Below, piece after piece: positions 50,401 to 64,000 of a DNA stretch of 64,000 nucleotides; position 1 is the stretch's first letter; every line of letters starts with the position of its first letter. The position numbers and the translations under genes are program-made. The notes beneath the pieces are model-generated. The model made no database searches. It was not told the DNA's origin and worked only from the letters and a program-made list of their open reading frames with translations. The stretch is from Tubulanus polymorphus. Its lineage: Eukaryota; Animalia; Nemertea. Where the stretch lies: positions 10,953,859 to 11,017,858 of the forward strand of contig NC_134036.1 in NCBI RefSeq assembly GCF_964204645.1. The letters run 5' to 3'.

Positions 50401-53400
50401 TTACAGTCTTGTTTGCTTTGACTTGTTATCCCGTTCCACCATTTAGTCAGTTTCATACGCCTCTATCACGGTCATTAGGGACTAATTTGACTTTGCATCC
50501 AGTCCCATACATTTTAGGTCTATTTGACATAACAAGTTTGAAAACGTTATTTAGTTTAATAATATCGGATCCTGAATTTTAAGAAAAATATTCCAGACGA
50601 AAAAGTTTCATATTTCACCCGTTTCCACTCAGGTTTCAAGTACTGAAATTAGCACCTGTTGAGAGCATTGAATAGATAATCAAATACTATATTTAATGTA
50701 TGAAGCATAAAATTTATGAGCGAATTTTCAGCTTAAAGGTTCCAATACTTAATGCTGCAACCGAACTTTAACTAGAAGGCAGAACCGTAAGTAGATAAGA
50801 AAGTGGCCGCGATGACCGTATCGTGTAGTTTATTAAGAGATTCTTATTATTTTTAGATGATTTCGATTCAATTTTTATGAATTTCATAGCCTTAAATTCA
50901 TTTTGTAACTATGGCGCAGACTTAATTTCATTCAAAAGATTCTCGACAAATAAAGGAATCTGTAAACTTATTTCAATTAATCGACCTTCGTGTTCACAAT
51001 ACGTTGAACTATTAACCGTGTCTAATAATTCCCAGCAGACACAGGGAAGAGAGACCGACGATTTTTCCTGTTTGTCTGATGCCAATCACAAGCAATTTGA
51101 CCGCCTCGCACTAACGGCTATTGAAACACTCCGCCAACAGAAAGTCACGTGACTACAAGAAGTACTGTCAATGCCATTGAAGTGACTTCAAATTGATGAA
51201 ATGTTACAAGAAAATATTCACTAAATTGGTCATATCTTTTATTCTCATTAAAAAAAAGATGAGACTTAGATGAAAATCAAAACTTTTCATAGTATAGCAC
51301 TTAAACCAGCAATGCAGAAAAAATCGTTATCGCTGCGTTATTCATCTATGGAGTAATTTGTTTTGATGCAGCATTATTTTCAATCTGTGAAAGACTTTTT
51401 ACTGAGAGCCCATTGAATACGTGGTAATGATTTCTCAAAATGCCAAATTGCTACTATATTGAATTCAAATTCTTGGCGGTAAAAATGATTGCTTTTTCTA
51501 ATGATTCTCGTATTTGTTAAAGGTCTGATTGTAGTCTGTAGTCGTTTGCTGCAGGTAATTAATGCAGGCAGTTTAATACGCTTGATTTTATAGCATGTTT
51601 TGGATATAAATCAGAATCTCAATTATCAGTAAACAACAATTGTTTTTGATTGGTCTGATTTAATACTAAATCTTTAAAATTTGTGTTAAGTGGGTGTATG
51701 TATTTTTCAATCATTCATTCAAATATCGTTATTACTGTACAAGCCTCCAAACCACTAAGTTTTAAACGAGCATCTACATTTTTCAGATCTCGAAGACACA
51801 GTGTGTGAAATATGGGCATTCGCAATTAGGACACGTGCTTAAGACGTGTTTTCTGACTGTTGAATTGGTGATAGATAAAGATTGATATGATAGATCCGTT
51901 TAAATAATGTCGTTGCTATCGAATATCTTAAAACATGCATATGGTCAATTAACATACAAAAATGCATTTACATATACGAAATAAAGAGCACGAAAATGTG
52001 TTTACAATTATGAAATAAAGTCCAATTCTTACCAAACGACCTGTCCTTAAGTTTAATTTTGTCGCGCAACTGATAATATGGTGCATTTAAAATGTTTATT
52101 ACCAGTCCATGCAAAACAACGAATTCCCCATTAGTATCGCCATCCAAAAGGAACATCCAGAGCAAGATTTATCTTTGTTAGGGAAATTCTGCATCTATTC
52201 TAAGTTTTGCCACATCATTATGAAGTCGCCCGTTATGAGAGCGGGTTCGAATCCTATAGTAGTGATCAATCAATGGGAAACCTTCAACCCCACACCCCTT
52301 CTGCGAGTTAGTCTCTAATTGAAGCAACCATCGAAATTTTGAGATGCTCCCTAATGATTACCCGCTATGCAACCAAGTCAAAATAAATTATCTACCAACA
52401 TTGTCATTTAATCATGTTTTGATTAATTTCTTTGCTTTTGACTTCGCATGTTCATCAGACTCTTCTCAAACTAGGTCCATTTAATAATAAGTATTCCTTG
52501 ACCTACATCGGCCATGTAGTCCAACTCGGGTAAGTCGTATTCTAGTTTAATTTACTCAGTTCTATGTTATTTGGATTACTCGCTAACGAAATGATCGTCT
52601 CAGCTATTGACAACTTAAGCGGCTTTGACTTTACAGGACCCTCTTGTTTTGAAAAAAAATATTTAGGTTTCTCTTTGGTTCAAAACTATATATCTCATTA
52701 CATTTGTCCTTTTGTCATCTCTGGCTGTACATGCACAACAGTAACTATGGATCCCAGATTTCTCTGAATAATGAACAATAGTTTACATAGTTTCTGATTG
52801 AAAGTCCCAATAATTTCATCCCGACTAAGTGAAAATCTGGATTTCAATATCAGAATTAAGTGAGTTCTACCGCATCCCAGGATTAAATTCTACAAATCCT
52901 TGATAAGGTAACTGATGTTATATTAAACTTCATCAAATTTTGACAGCCAATAAACGGTTAGGATGCCATCTATTGCACAGAATAGGATCAGAACAAATGG
53001 ACTAATTCATAGAAATACCATGGAAATAAATTGTCAATTAACCTGGAGGAACATGGTATGAACCTATTTCAGCTGGATTCAACTACCCGCTATTTGAACA
53101 TGGGATGATAGAATTTTAAAATTTCGAGTGGCATTAGTTAATAAGAAAATACGAGTTTCTGGAACCAGACCAAAATTTATGGCAGGCAATTTGAGAAACA
53201 GCTCCTTTCCACATTTCTATTACAAACACGCTTTATCCGGATTTTGATCTGATTTGGATACTGATTGTGGTTCACCTATAAGTAAAATATTCGATTCTAA
53301 ATTTCTCAAAAGAAGACTGATTTTATGATCCAGATTAACCTGGCTTTGACTATACAAAAGTACTTAACGGTTGAATCAGTAACTAATTCAGGCAAAACCA

Positions 53401-53567
53401 CAAGTTTAAGAGACACCAGTATCAAGATTATATTCAACATCAGAAAACCATGTATTTTCAAAATTATACATTCGTAAAAACAGAACTTTATTCAGAAAAA
53501 ACAGTTGACATAATGACAAATAAAAGTTTATTGTTACTTTTTAATTTATTCACCGGTTATCTTTAAA

Positions 53568-54095
53568 CAACTTTTGAGCAACTGGCCCCTTGATGTATAT
53601 AAAAACCTATTCATCTATGTTGACCCATTCAGGCACACTATCTGAAAGTCTTTACTTCACATTTAAATGGAAAGTTTAACATTTTATCAAATTTCTCAAA
53701 CGCTGATGATTTGTTCTATCGATAGCTTTTACACATACTTTCCGTACTATTTCTACGGTAGCTGGTGGACATGGGAAGTAAGTAGAACGATAGTAATTAA
53801 TTTCATTGACCAACTTTTGAGCAACTGGCCCCTAGATGTATATAAAAACCTCATATGAAAGAGAACTAAAATATCAAAAAGCTTTTTACTAAAACAAGCA
53901 GCCCTTGGCTGATAACTCTATTCATCTATGTTGACCAATTCAGGCACACTATCTGAAAATCTTCGCTAGTAAATCATTTAAATGGAAAGTTTAACATTTT
54001 ACCAAATTTCTAAAACGCTGACGATTTGTTCGATCGATAGCTTTTACACATTCTTTCCACACAATCTCCATAGTAGCTGGTGGACATGGGAAGTT
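53568..54095. repeat. Local tandem duplication (about 230-bp core, two copies)
   Basis: CAACTTTTGAGCAACTGGCCCC...GCTGGTGGACATGGGAAGT occurs at about 53568-53780 and 53810-54095. Confidence 0.8.
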
Positions 54096-54316
54096 ACTAA
54101 AACATTTTTCTTTAATGTATGCTATTTTTCTATCATCTAATTTTGCCTTACGCTGTAAGCCATTTTTATTTCTATTGACTATATTACTGACATCTGGAAA
54201 TAAAATTGTTGTCAGTTTAGAAACAAATGCCGTTCTAGAATAGACACAATATCAAGACATTTTTGCCCAATTTCCAGTAATAAATCCATTTTTGAGTTGG
54301 TGACCTTAAGTTGATT

Positions 54317-57300
54317 TTATATCTGCACGTCATTGCTCTTGTTTTGGAAATTCTCAACTTTAGTTTTTACTTGTTTTAGCTCCGTTTCTGCGAGATTAAC
54401 TTTAAGGGGGCTATCTTGCAGTATCATCTTCTTGATATCTTCTTCTGTAACAGATGAAGTATCAGCACTGCCACTTGCGACAATCGACACCTAAAAATAA
54501 CACAGACGCAATGATATAATATAGGTCATTAATTACGGGTGCAGGGTCACTGTGTCCACTTGGGAAGTTGATTAAAATGATATGCTAAGGATCCAATGTA
54601 AATGTATATCCATTGCAAATTTAAATAACTATGGTTTCAAGGACGCCGAGTCCATGGAAGTGGTTTGAAATGCTAAACAATCGGAAACTTGGTGAATATT
54701 TCAATATTCTACGCCCCCTGGTGATTATATTAAGAAAGCAATGACCTTACAACTCACCACAATCATAGAAAATGTCATGAGCTACAATTTTAAAATTCAT
54801 TATGGTTACAAAATATGTCTGGGTACCAATATAATAGGAAGATACTAAGTTATTCGCTATTCAACGCCCCCTGGTTACCATATACAAAAACCATCAACCT
54901 TGAAACTGAAAAACAATCATACAACATGCTATGAGCTACAACTTTGCAATTGATTGTAGTTACAAAATATCCATAGGTAACAATATAAATAGGCAAATTG
55001 TATAAAATTCAATATTCAACTCCCCTGGTGGTGAGAACAACAACCTGGATAACCCCAATTCCACGTGCGGAGATGAATACTACAACAGTGATACTATTCA
55101 TTCAATATCAAGACTAAAAACTTGTCGATAATTTCCTCCAAAAACCTTTTCGTGAGGACTGATGACACTAAGATGGCTGTCGATTGCATCACGCTTGACT
55201 GATCAAAGAATCTGTTTGACATGTTGACATGTTTAAGAGCCCTTCTCCTTAGGTATAACCATCGCGAATTTCAATGAAAAAATGGCAAATCATTCGGAAG
55301 ATGCAAATCATTCGGAAGATACAGGTCTTGGAATTCAGGGCAAAAATGACCTTTTTGGGCACAAAAAAGGTCACAGGAGGTCATCTTGGGTCTGATCGAC
55401 CCAATTTTTCCTATACTGATGCATCATAGGGGGAAACAAACATATATGAAAGATCAAGATAAATGCTCAAAGCGTTTTCAATATTTCCCTTGAAAACTTC
55501 AAAATGTGTAAAAAGTGCTGATTTTGGTGAACAACAATGGCTGGCAGTCGGCCATCTTCTGATTGGCCCGATTCTGATCGGGCCAGTTTTCGGGCAGAAG
55601 ATGTATCTAGGGTAGATACCTGTATAAACCAAAGATCAAGAAGATCCATTGAAGGGTCTTCAAAACTTCCCAAAATAACTGGATTCCGTCTACGGACGGA
55701 CGGACGGACAGACGAACGGACGAAAAGTGAACGCAATAGCCCGCTGGGACTAAAGTCCCAAGTGGGCTAAAAAGAGGCTTTGTTTAGCAATTGGTAAAAT
55801 ATCCGAATATTTTTTTTAGCTTAAATTTCTGAAAAAACTATATAAATTATGCTAATTAGGTCACGTGATGCACATAATTAGTATAAAAATTGATTCTTAT
55901 ATCACCAAAATGTTTGCCCACTACATTGCCCTCTGTGGTATAGTACCCCTTTCATAACACTTCTGTATCTGTATACCAGGGCTCGGTTTTATAGTGGTAT
56001 CAACTTTAACCAGGGGGTTAACTCATTGTAAATGAATTGAGTAAACCCCCGGGTTATAGTTAATACAAGTCTATAAAACTTGCCCCAGGGGTTTTAGTAA
56101 AATTACAAAAAATTTCTATTTCTGCTAAGTATGGTGGGTGGGTATATGGTCAATACTGAAAGGATTAAGATTAAGATTAATAATTGTAAGACCAGTGGTA
56201 TTATAAAGATTGTCCCACCTGTACAGCGCCCCCTAAAGGTCAAGTGGGGAAAACGGCTCTTACTTAGTGCTTGGCCTATTTTAGCTTCATACAGTTTGAT
56301 CAAGATCAGAAAAGAACTGTAGCACTAGTACCAAATTGAAGCAAAAGTTGACGGACGGACGACAACGGATGATCTACCAAACCCATCAGCTCCACTGAAC
56401 TTCAGTTGCAGCAGCGCTAAAAGTTTTAAGAATGGACAAATGACCTTGAAACTCACAACAACGAGAGAATATGTCATGCGCTACAATTTTGCAACTGATT
56501 TTTCTTACATAATTAATACAAATATCAATAAATAAATTCTATATAATGTAATACATTCACTCCACAAACTCGCTTCCACCAGCCCCCTGGCCTCACGACG
56601 AATGATTTCATTACTGCCGCTTTTGCGCATGACGTCATATATCGATTTGCAAAATACTTTGTTGTTTGGTTAAATGTTCGCTGATTGGTCCATTTAACGG
56701 GAATTCCAACAGAAGCTTATGTCGTTTGTAAGGCCTACAAGCACTGTGATTGGCCCGAACTGATTCTGGTCTGCTAGTAACGACTCGAACGACTCCTGAG
56801 GTCAAGGAGTTCGGGGAATGGCTAAACTAAATCAAGCCAATCCATTGAACAAAACTTCGGAAAATAACTGGAATTCCGTCTGCACAGATGAACGGACGAA
56901 AAGTGAATGCAATGCCCCGCTGCGACTTAGGTGGTCTAATCAGCAATAAATTCATTGAGATGAAAAACACGTGCCTTTTAACTTAAGCAGCATCCTACCT
57001 TCTTCTTCTTTTTGGGGGGTTGATTTAGTTTTGCACTGCTAGTGTAAAGTGCATCCTCTTCATCGATGGTGTAGAAATCATTATATCTGCTGTTAGTCTT
57101 TGTTGTCCCAGACTTTCCGACAATAGTTTTTATTCGTTCGTAAGGGACTGATTCCCTGATTGAAGAAGCAAGAATTACTTCACCTTTAAACGGATCGTTT
57201 GATATAATTTTGTCGTGCATATCGTGCGAATCATCCTCCCGGCGGTAGGTGATGCCATCATCTTTGAGGAGTCTTGCCAGGTCTAATCTATTCACTTTGA

Positions 57301-57348
57301 GTGTATTCCTTGCGATCAATCTTTCTTCTTCTGGCTCTCTAATGTGAT
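54317..57348 (-). CDS. 3' exons of an unidentified host gene (57348 to 56999 or 56978; 54490-54317)
   Basis: Acceptors TTTTAG at 57349 and 54491; open frames; phase-0 donor AAG|GTAGGA near 56998 matches the downstream exon VSIVASG...VQI*. Confidence 0.5.
54590..55773 (-). mobile_element. Helentron/HINE (DINE-1-like) non-autonomous element; smaller fragments at about 56330-56420 and 56860-56940
   Basis: Minus-strand end TTTTTAGCCCACTTGGGACTTTAGTCCCAGCGGGCTA hairpin followed by (GTCC)n; internal CCCCCTGGT repeats. Far boundary approximate. Confidence 0.6.
55977..56090. mobile_element. Small palindromic MITE-like element
   Basis: GGGCTCGGTTTTATAG...CTATAAAACTTGCCCC outer arms and GGGGGTTAACTCA...TGAGTAAACCCCC inner arms. 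Confidence 0.55.
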
Positions 57349-58184
57349 CTAAAAGTAAATGAGAAATTCCCTAGTTGTACTTCTGATTGGCTAAGTTTTC
57401 ATTTCTAACCGCCACAAACACCGATTTATAACACAGGGGCTTGTAAACTGGCTTGGATTTTACTTTGGGGTTGTTGATAATCTCGCGAGAATGGCACTAA
57501 AATTTAAACAGCAAATAAATTTGAAATAATACAGAAATACCTTGCTGCATGCGCAGCAACTTTCCGAAGTTCATGATCAGTTCAAGTTCAATTGATTTTT
57601 CATTTTAAAAATTCTGTCACACAAATACAATAAGTAGAATTACATAGATAAGAAAATCAATAATTTTTGTATTGACATAAAAAGAAAACTATAATATCTG
57701 ATACATACTTTGATTGACAGCTCACGAGAGCTCAGAAAGTTGCTGCGCATGCGCAGTGGTATCCACCGCATCAATACACTCACAGGCAAATACGTTTCAT
57801 GCGTCACGCCCACCAATACTGGTCCTTAATGGCCAATTGTTTATCGAAACTTTATAAGTTAAAAAAAGAATACCTCATCCAGTTAAAAAAAGTTCACGCA
57901 GGTTCATTTCAGCAGCGTACTAACATGACCCACTTTTGAAAAACTGACATTCAATGACATGTAGTGACGCCTGCGCACTCGACTGCTTTCTGGACTTAGA
58001 GAATTTCAGAGAATTTTCCCAACACATACATCATGCGCATGCGTTAAAAATGGACACATTGGAAACATTACGGTTTTTGCCCTCAATGCTGCCATGTTTG
58101 TCACTTGGCCCAAGTCCGATATACGTCGAAAATAGTACGAAATTAATGCGCAAAGACATAACAGATGCGTTTGTTGTAGATTGG

Positions 58185-58660
58185 GGAGTCTCCGGGTTGA
58201 CAAATGGACAGGTTAACAGAAGACAGAGAGACATCGGGTCTCCAGGTAGACAGGTGGACAGGAGACAGAAAGAGTCAGGTCTCCGGTTAGACAAATCATC
58301 AGAAGCCAGATAGACAGTCAGGTCTCCAGGTAGACAGGAGACAGAGACAGTCAGGTCTCCGATTAGACGGGTCAACAGAAGACGGTAAGGTCTCCAGGTA
58401 GACAGGTGGACAGGAGACAGAGACAGTCAGGTCTGCGGGTAGTCAGGTCAACAGAAGACAGAAACACAGTCAGTTCACCAGGTAGACAGGTGGACAGGAG
58501 ACAGAAACAGTCAGGTCTCCGGCCAGGTTAACACAAGAGAGACATTCAGGTAGACAGGTGGACAGGAGACAGTCAGTGGACACGAGACGATTACACAGTA
58601 GGTCTCTGTGAGTGAACAGATAGACAATCGGTAAGGGATGGGTGCGACAGGTGGACAGTT
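58185..58660. repeat. GACAG-rich minisatellite
   Basis: Recurrent GGTCTCCAGGTAGACAGGTGGACAGGAGACAG units. Confidence 0.85.
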
Positions 58661-59852
58661 AGATGGATCCTTACGAAAGAGAACGGATCTGGGGTTTTCA
58701 GCGATATATCGAAGACTATCCTGTACTGCGCGATCTTTCAATGGCCTCAATTATAACCACGTTAACTATGTTTTTTAATGCGTGAACGATATCATCAACT
58801 GCTATCATGTCCACAGACAGTGCATTACATAAACAAGGAAAAGTGTATTTGTATCCACAGATCGTGTCCAGGTTTCCCTATATACCCAATCGCCAAATCT
58901 TATAATTCCGCAAATTTCATAAAACTTCGATTTCAAATTTGCAATCCCACGTTAGCTTATCCACAAAATTCTACATTTTTTCGCAGGCGTCAAATAAATT
59001 ATTAAAATTAATTTTCTAATTCCTCGAGAACATTGTCGTCTTCCAATATAGCACCATCACTGAAGAGAACGAACCTTTTCGATGAGAATTTCAATTTCGA
59101 TGTAGCTGAAATAAGAAGTAGTAGAATAAGTTAAAAAAATACTTTTTTGAAATCATTTATAATTTGTTATTGTTTTCAATTGTATGGTATGTATTTTGAT
59201 TAATTAGGAGTAATCTGAAGATAATTTTGTAAGAGAAACCTTTTGAATTTAGACCCGTAATTGTTTCGGCTTTGGTCAAGACTTGGTGTTCCGATTCAGC
59301 ACCGTTGATGACGGTAAGTAGAACCATCGTTGAATGCAAATTCGAGAAAGCTGTCGGGACACACGTGTTGTGAGCGAATCAACGACCCCGAGAGAGGAGG
59401 CAGCAGCAGGTAACTAGCAACACGCAAACTTGCAACCGCTAAATAACAACTCGCAACTTAAACGACAGTTCGAAACTGACAAATAGCAATTGGCAACTGG
59501 CAATTGGAACTAGCAACTAGCAATGTCGGCTCAGGGATTTCATATAACAAATTATCAACTATTACTCGCGTTAATGGGGATGGTTCACGGGGTAATTAGT
59601 AATTCCAGCTAGGTTGAAATCTGATACTGTTTGAAACGTGCGCTGTAGGGCGTCAGAATTCTACTACCGCGGTTATTTCAATTTTTAATCGTATTTGACT
59701 TCGTGCAGTTTGGTAGCCTGATGCCTGACGATAGTCATGTCAGTATTCGATGAAGATAGACAGTAACTAATCTTAACGTCAAATCGGTAACAGATTCAGG
59801 ATTCAAATTAATTGTTTCCCTATTTGCAAATCAGCGTCTGAGTGCTGAAATA

Positions 59853-60956
59853 ATGATGGCTCTAGAGAATGTATCGGTGAGCGCTCAGATTCTTGACCTG
59901 AACGGATCAGATCTGACAACCACTACTGAGAATGCGGGATTTAAACCCCATCCACGGTGTAAATACATCCATCACGCTGATTACAAACCGTTTCACGTGA
60001 ATCTACAGATCACAACTTACGTCATTTTCTGTGTTGCTATCTTCGGTTTCGGCTCAAATTTACTGTCTTTTGTCATTCTCAGTTTTGAACGTTCAAAAAA
60101 CACCAGTATATTTTATTTGAGATGCTTGGCTGTTATTGACGTGCTGCATTGTTCGTCTTATATCGTATTCGACTTTCACTATCGGCTCTACAGTCACACA
60201 CTGTTACTAGACATGAATGTTGAAATGAACCACGCTATGAAGCGCATTTATTCATACACGCAACGCATTGCACAGTCGTTTTCCAATGTCAGTGATCTAA
60301 TAACATTGTTAATCGCTATAGACAGATATATCGTTGTTTGTTGGCCTCTGAAAGCAATAAGAATCATAAACTTAAAGAGAAGTTATATTAGCATAGTTCT
60401 AGTTGTAGTAATATCGCTATGTGGTTGGGTTAATGCGTATTTCGTGTATTATACTCGTCGTTCCATTAATCCGTGCACTGGACACGAGAGATGGACACAG
60501 AAATTGACGCCATTTGGTAAAAATAGATATTTAAGATACTTTAATTCTTTTGTCCGCGCTCCTATATTTACTATAATCCCGACAGTGATTGTGGTCCTAA
60601 TAACTATACGATTGGTTTTTACGTTGAAACGCGCAGGAGCAGCGAGAAAAATCATCTCTTCAAATAAACAAACTTTAAAAGGCAGCTGCAGCAGCAACAA
60701 TGACCGTAGTTTAACTTTGACGTTAGTTCTCATTTCATGTTTCTATTTACTAAAGAAAGCATGTATGGTCGATGCAGCTATAACGAACCTTATTTCAACT
60801 ATTAACGGGATAATTGGTAAACGCTCTTTAACAACGATAATGAACCAAATTCAATATATCATAAGAATGATCATAGCATCTAATAATTTCTTCATCTATT
60901 GCGCTTCGAGGCGTCGCTTTCGGAATCAACTGAAAGCGTTTTTTTTTTTCGTTTAA
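59853..60956 (+). CDS. Intronless rhodopsin-family peptide GPCR (FMRFamide-receptor-like), 367 aa
   Basis: N-terminal NxS sites, GSN in TM1, YLRCLAVID, IAIDRYIVVCWPL, IPT in TM5, NNFFIYC..RRFR. Confidence 0.9.
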   Translation: MMALENVSVSAQILDLNGSDLTTTTENAGFKPHPRCKYIHHADYKPFHVNLQITTYVIFCVAIFGFGSNLLSFVILSFERSKNTSIFYLRCLAVIDVLHCSSYIVFDFHYRLYSHTLLLDMNVEMNHAMKRIYSYTQRIAQSFSNVSDLITLLIAIDRYIVVCWPLKAIRIINLKRSYISIVLVVVISLCGWVNAYFVYYTRRSINPCTGHERWTQKLTPFGKNRYLRYFNSFVRAPIFTIIPTVIVVLITIRLVFTLKRAGAARKIISSNKQTLKGSCSSNNDRSLTLTLVLISCFYLLKKACMVDAAITNLISTINGIIGKRSLTTIMNQIQYIIRMIIASNNFFIYCASRRRFRNQLKAFFFFV

Positions 60957-61163
60957 ACGGAATTACGGTGAATACGTCTTGAATACATAGGTGGAACACA
61001 CTAATTTACGAGACAAGTAGGACTGTATAGGTTAACTATATATTTGATGCACGTGCTTTCCCTACTAATTTATAGAAGCTCCATCAGGTGAATGAGTTTA
61101 GTCAATGGAAAAACAACAGTTTTTATAGACAGACTGACGCAAATTAGAGAGAACTGAGTGAAG

Positions 61164-61492
61164 CAGCGGCAGATCCAGGATAGCATGTAGGGGGTGCACA
61201 AATCCCAAATAGGGGGTCTGGAAAATTTTCTAAAATTAGACGTGCAGAGACGCGTTAAGGGCACGATCAGAGTACGATTTACCTCGTAATTTGAATAGTG
61301 ATTTTCACAACTATTATGAACGATGTCGGACTGCCGTAAAAAGCGCTGGTAATTGTAAACGACGACATCAGATTACGCATTGTCAGGCATTTTTCACATG
61401 CTTGCCTTCTTACGGAACGGTCTGTCGATAAAAATGTGGAGAACGTTAAGGGGATGCACGTGCCCCCTGTGCACCCCCTGGATCCGCCGCTG
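61164..61492. mobile_element. MITE with CAG...CTG termini (hAT-like)
   Basis: CAGCGGCAGATCCAGG / CCTGGATCCGCCGCTG imperfect TIRs; no TSD recognised. Confidence 0.55.
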
Positions 61493-64000
61493 AAATGTAA
61501 TTACAAATAAGTTGATGAGTAAAACTATATCAAAGTAAAATAAACAGAGAGTACCGGTACCTAAGAGCAACAAATAACAATAATGGTAGTCGAAGCGATG
61601 ATTAGCATGCGCTTTTCGAAATCAAAAATCAAATCGTTATTTGTTTGAAAAAAAAATAATTTCTCCGTGTCTCATATGTGACCACATAGTAACGACTCCG
61701 CGTAGTGAGTTCGAATTCCTTGACGGGTGAAGATGCCCACACCCCCTCTCATACAGTGTTTCGCACCCTTAACGAGATCAATCTAATGTAACAATATGTC
61801 TGTTTGGCTTTCAGCTGCTGATCTTCGTTAATGGTTTCGCCCCGGGGTTTCTTAATTCATAAACGCCGGTATCAAATTCGGCTAGAGGCTTTGTTTGTTA
61901 TAAAACGTGAATTTAAGCTCGATCGTACGATGTAAACCAGGTTCTGCAAGTACTAGTCAAGAGAACGCAAATTGTGTTGAATTGTAGAAACACTCAAAGC
62001 ATGGTCCATCTTTTTTTATAGATTTGGTACTTCTTAAAATCGGGACCAGGATAAGTTTGGAATTAAAATTACTTTTTATACGTGTTTTTTTATTCACTCG
62101 ACCTTTCGACTTCTGGTATAGAACAACACATTTACAACGACTGTTATTGTTGTCTTTATTATTGTCATTGTTAGTATTATTATTGTTATTATTTTTATTA
62201 TTAGGGTTTCTGCTGCTTTCGCAGAAACCCTCTTGTATTTCTGTTGATTATTATCATTATTATTATAAATGGTCCACTTTCCAGCCAAAATTTTTTCTTA
62301 AAATGTAACTCCTCCCAGATTCGACTACCAACAGCTTATAAACGTAATTTTAAATTCTGTCAGAAATATAACTCAGCGCCTGACGATTTCGAATTTGCGA
62401 TTAGTAATCTATTATGAATTAATCCCGCATAATTACCGGGTCTAAACAGCGACAAGAATAACGCAACGAATCGTCATCTATTGTTAACAGTGCACCCCCG
62501 CAAGCCTAAAATTTACTGCACGACCTTCAAAGTCAACCGTAAATCACGGAATCGGACTTACAATCAGTCCGGATCCGTCATTTCCCACGAACGATAACTA
62601 CAGCCGGTGCGTAATAAGTGTCTTATGAATGAAACATGGCGGATGGTTGAAATCATTTTCGGCTTAAATTTATCGCGAGTTTTAGGACCTTAATGAATTT
62701 CACGAAACCATGATCCTTATAGTGAGTCAATTGGTTAATTCTATTCGTAAATCAATTTACGTTGGCTACATTTCCTGGAGATTTCTGGCTCGATTCAACG
62801 TAATATGGACAGAAATTGTAGAAATTTTCATACGGAATTTTACTTCCGCGTTCACTCGACGACTCAGATCGACGACAACGACAGTAGTTTTTACGTAATT
62901 TAAGGTGAGAATCCGTTAACCAGGGAATGTTTAACATGATTTCTTTATAATATTAGTACGTATGGTAGCAAATGAGTACTCGGTGAAGCAATGATCATTG
63001 TTGGCTCGCTACATTACCTAGCTTTTTTGGTGGTTACACCTAGAATAGGCCCTAAATGTAGTGAATAGAGACAGTGGAAAGCCTATGTTGATAGTAAGGG
63101 GCTGGTTTACACTCATGTGTACGACTATTAATTTCGATTACTTTCTTTCCAGCTATAAATCATGGAATGAACTGGTCACTACGGTCTTCAATTCCTTTTC
63201 CGATTCTTGCAGCTGGTAGAAATAAATTTAAACCACAGTGTACAAGGGTACGTTCCAAATCAAACTTTTTCGTCATCGTCGTAACTTAAGCGCAACTGTC
63301 TCAGATGCTGTAAGTACTTGACGTTTTATGTAATTGTTATTTTTTTCAGTTGCAATGTTTACAATATTTGAATAAGTTATCGGTTATTATACTTTCCTTC
63401 ACTCCTCTATGATATTATATAACCGAGTAATTATTACATTTGATTGTTTAATCGTAGGTGGAAAGAGGTCACTTGTCATGAAAGTCGACTGTGGCTGACT
63501 AATTGGTGCGAGTAGACCAGGCGTTGATGTTTCAAAAGGTTTAGCCAAAATGCTTGTATCATCCGGGGGGAAGACATATATCCGAAGATAAATGAAAACT
63601 TCACCTCGTTGATCGCCAGTTGTTTTTGCTGCAATCGGGGTTGTAGACATTGTCGACGAGTAGAATCGGTCGACAATCGGGAACCGATTTACTCCTTTTC
63701 TATAAATGTGTCCTTGAGTGGGGAACTATTCCACGCTATACTGGACTTTAACCAATATTCATTCGCTATTGGACTACGATCGTTGATGAAACTTCAGCGA
63801 TTTCAGCGAAATCATCAGGTAGCAAATAAACGTTAAATGAATGTTTAATACAACATTGTAACGATTGAATAAAACGTTACCAGAATGTTTGTATAACATC
63901 CATTTGTTAAGTTTTTTAGCTGTTAAATCAACGTTTCACCATCAAATCAAGCTAATGGATAGGCGATGCCGTCATAGAAACGTTTCCGAGCGTCTGCGTT

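Noticed and set aside
52300-53480. Decayed coding or viral sequence
   Set aside because: Coding-like texture, but no frame gave a recognisable motif; needs a translated search.
57954-58750. ORFs across the GACAG repeat
   Set aside because: Open frames arise from the minisatellite.

Overview
AT-rich invertebrate animal genomic DNA (spliceosomal introns, U5 snRNA genes, peptide-type GPCRs; the phylum cannot be fixed from the sequence). The main content is two endogenous Polinton/Maverick (beta-adintovirus-like) elements. E1 (about 6.0-12.35 kb) is internally deleted, and its protein-primed PolB carries a LAGLIDADG intein in catalytic motif C. E2 (about 20.4-38.6 kb) is near-complete: intein-free pPolB, penton, membrane proteins, major capsid protein, packaging ATPase, chromodomain integrase, an NCLDV-type HNH endonuclease, and a 350-bp hairpin terminus ending in TACT. 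All 11 plus-strand E2 genes start in TAAATG or TAAAATG with fixed-spacing T-rich or A-rich upstream boxes, resembling poxvirus late/intermediate promoters. Together with the intein and HNH gene, this hints (inference) at an animal Polinton that depends on, or exchanges genes with, a large DNA virus. Host-side features include a duplicated U5 snRNA locus with a poly(A) retro-insertion, two GPCRs, a spliced secreted WSC protein, a spliced conotoxin-like cystine-knot peptide gene, and many TE remnants. All calls come from reading motifs by eye; no database searches were run.
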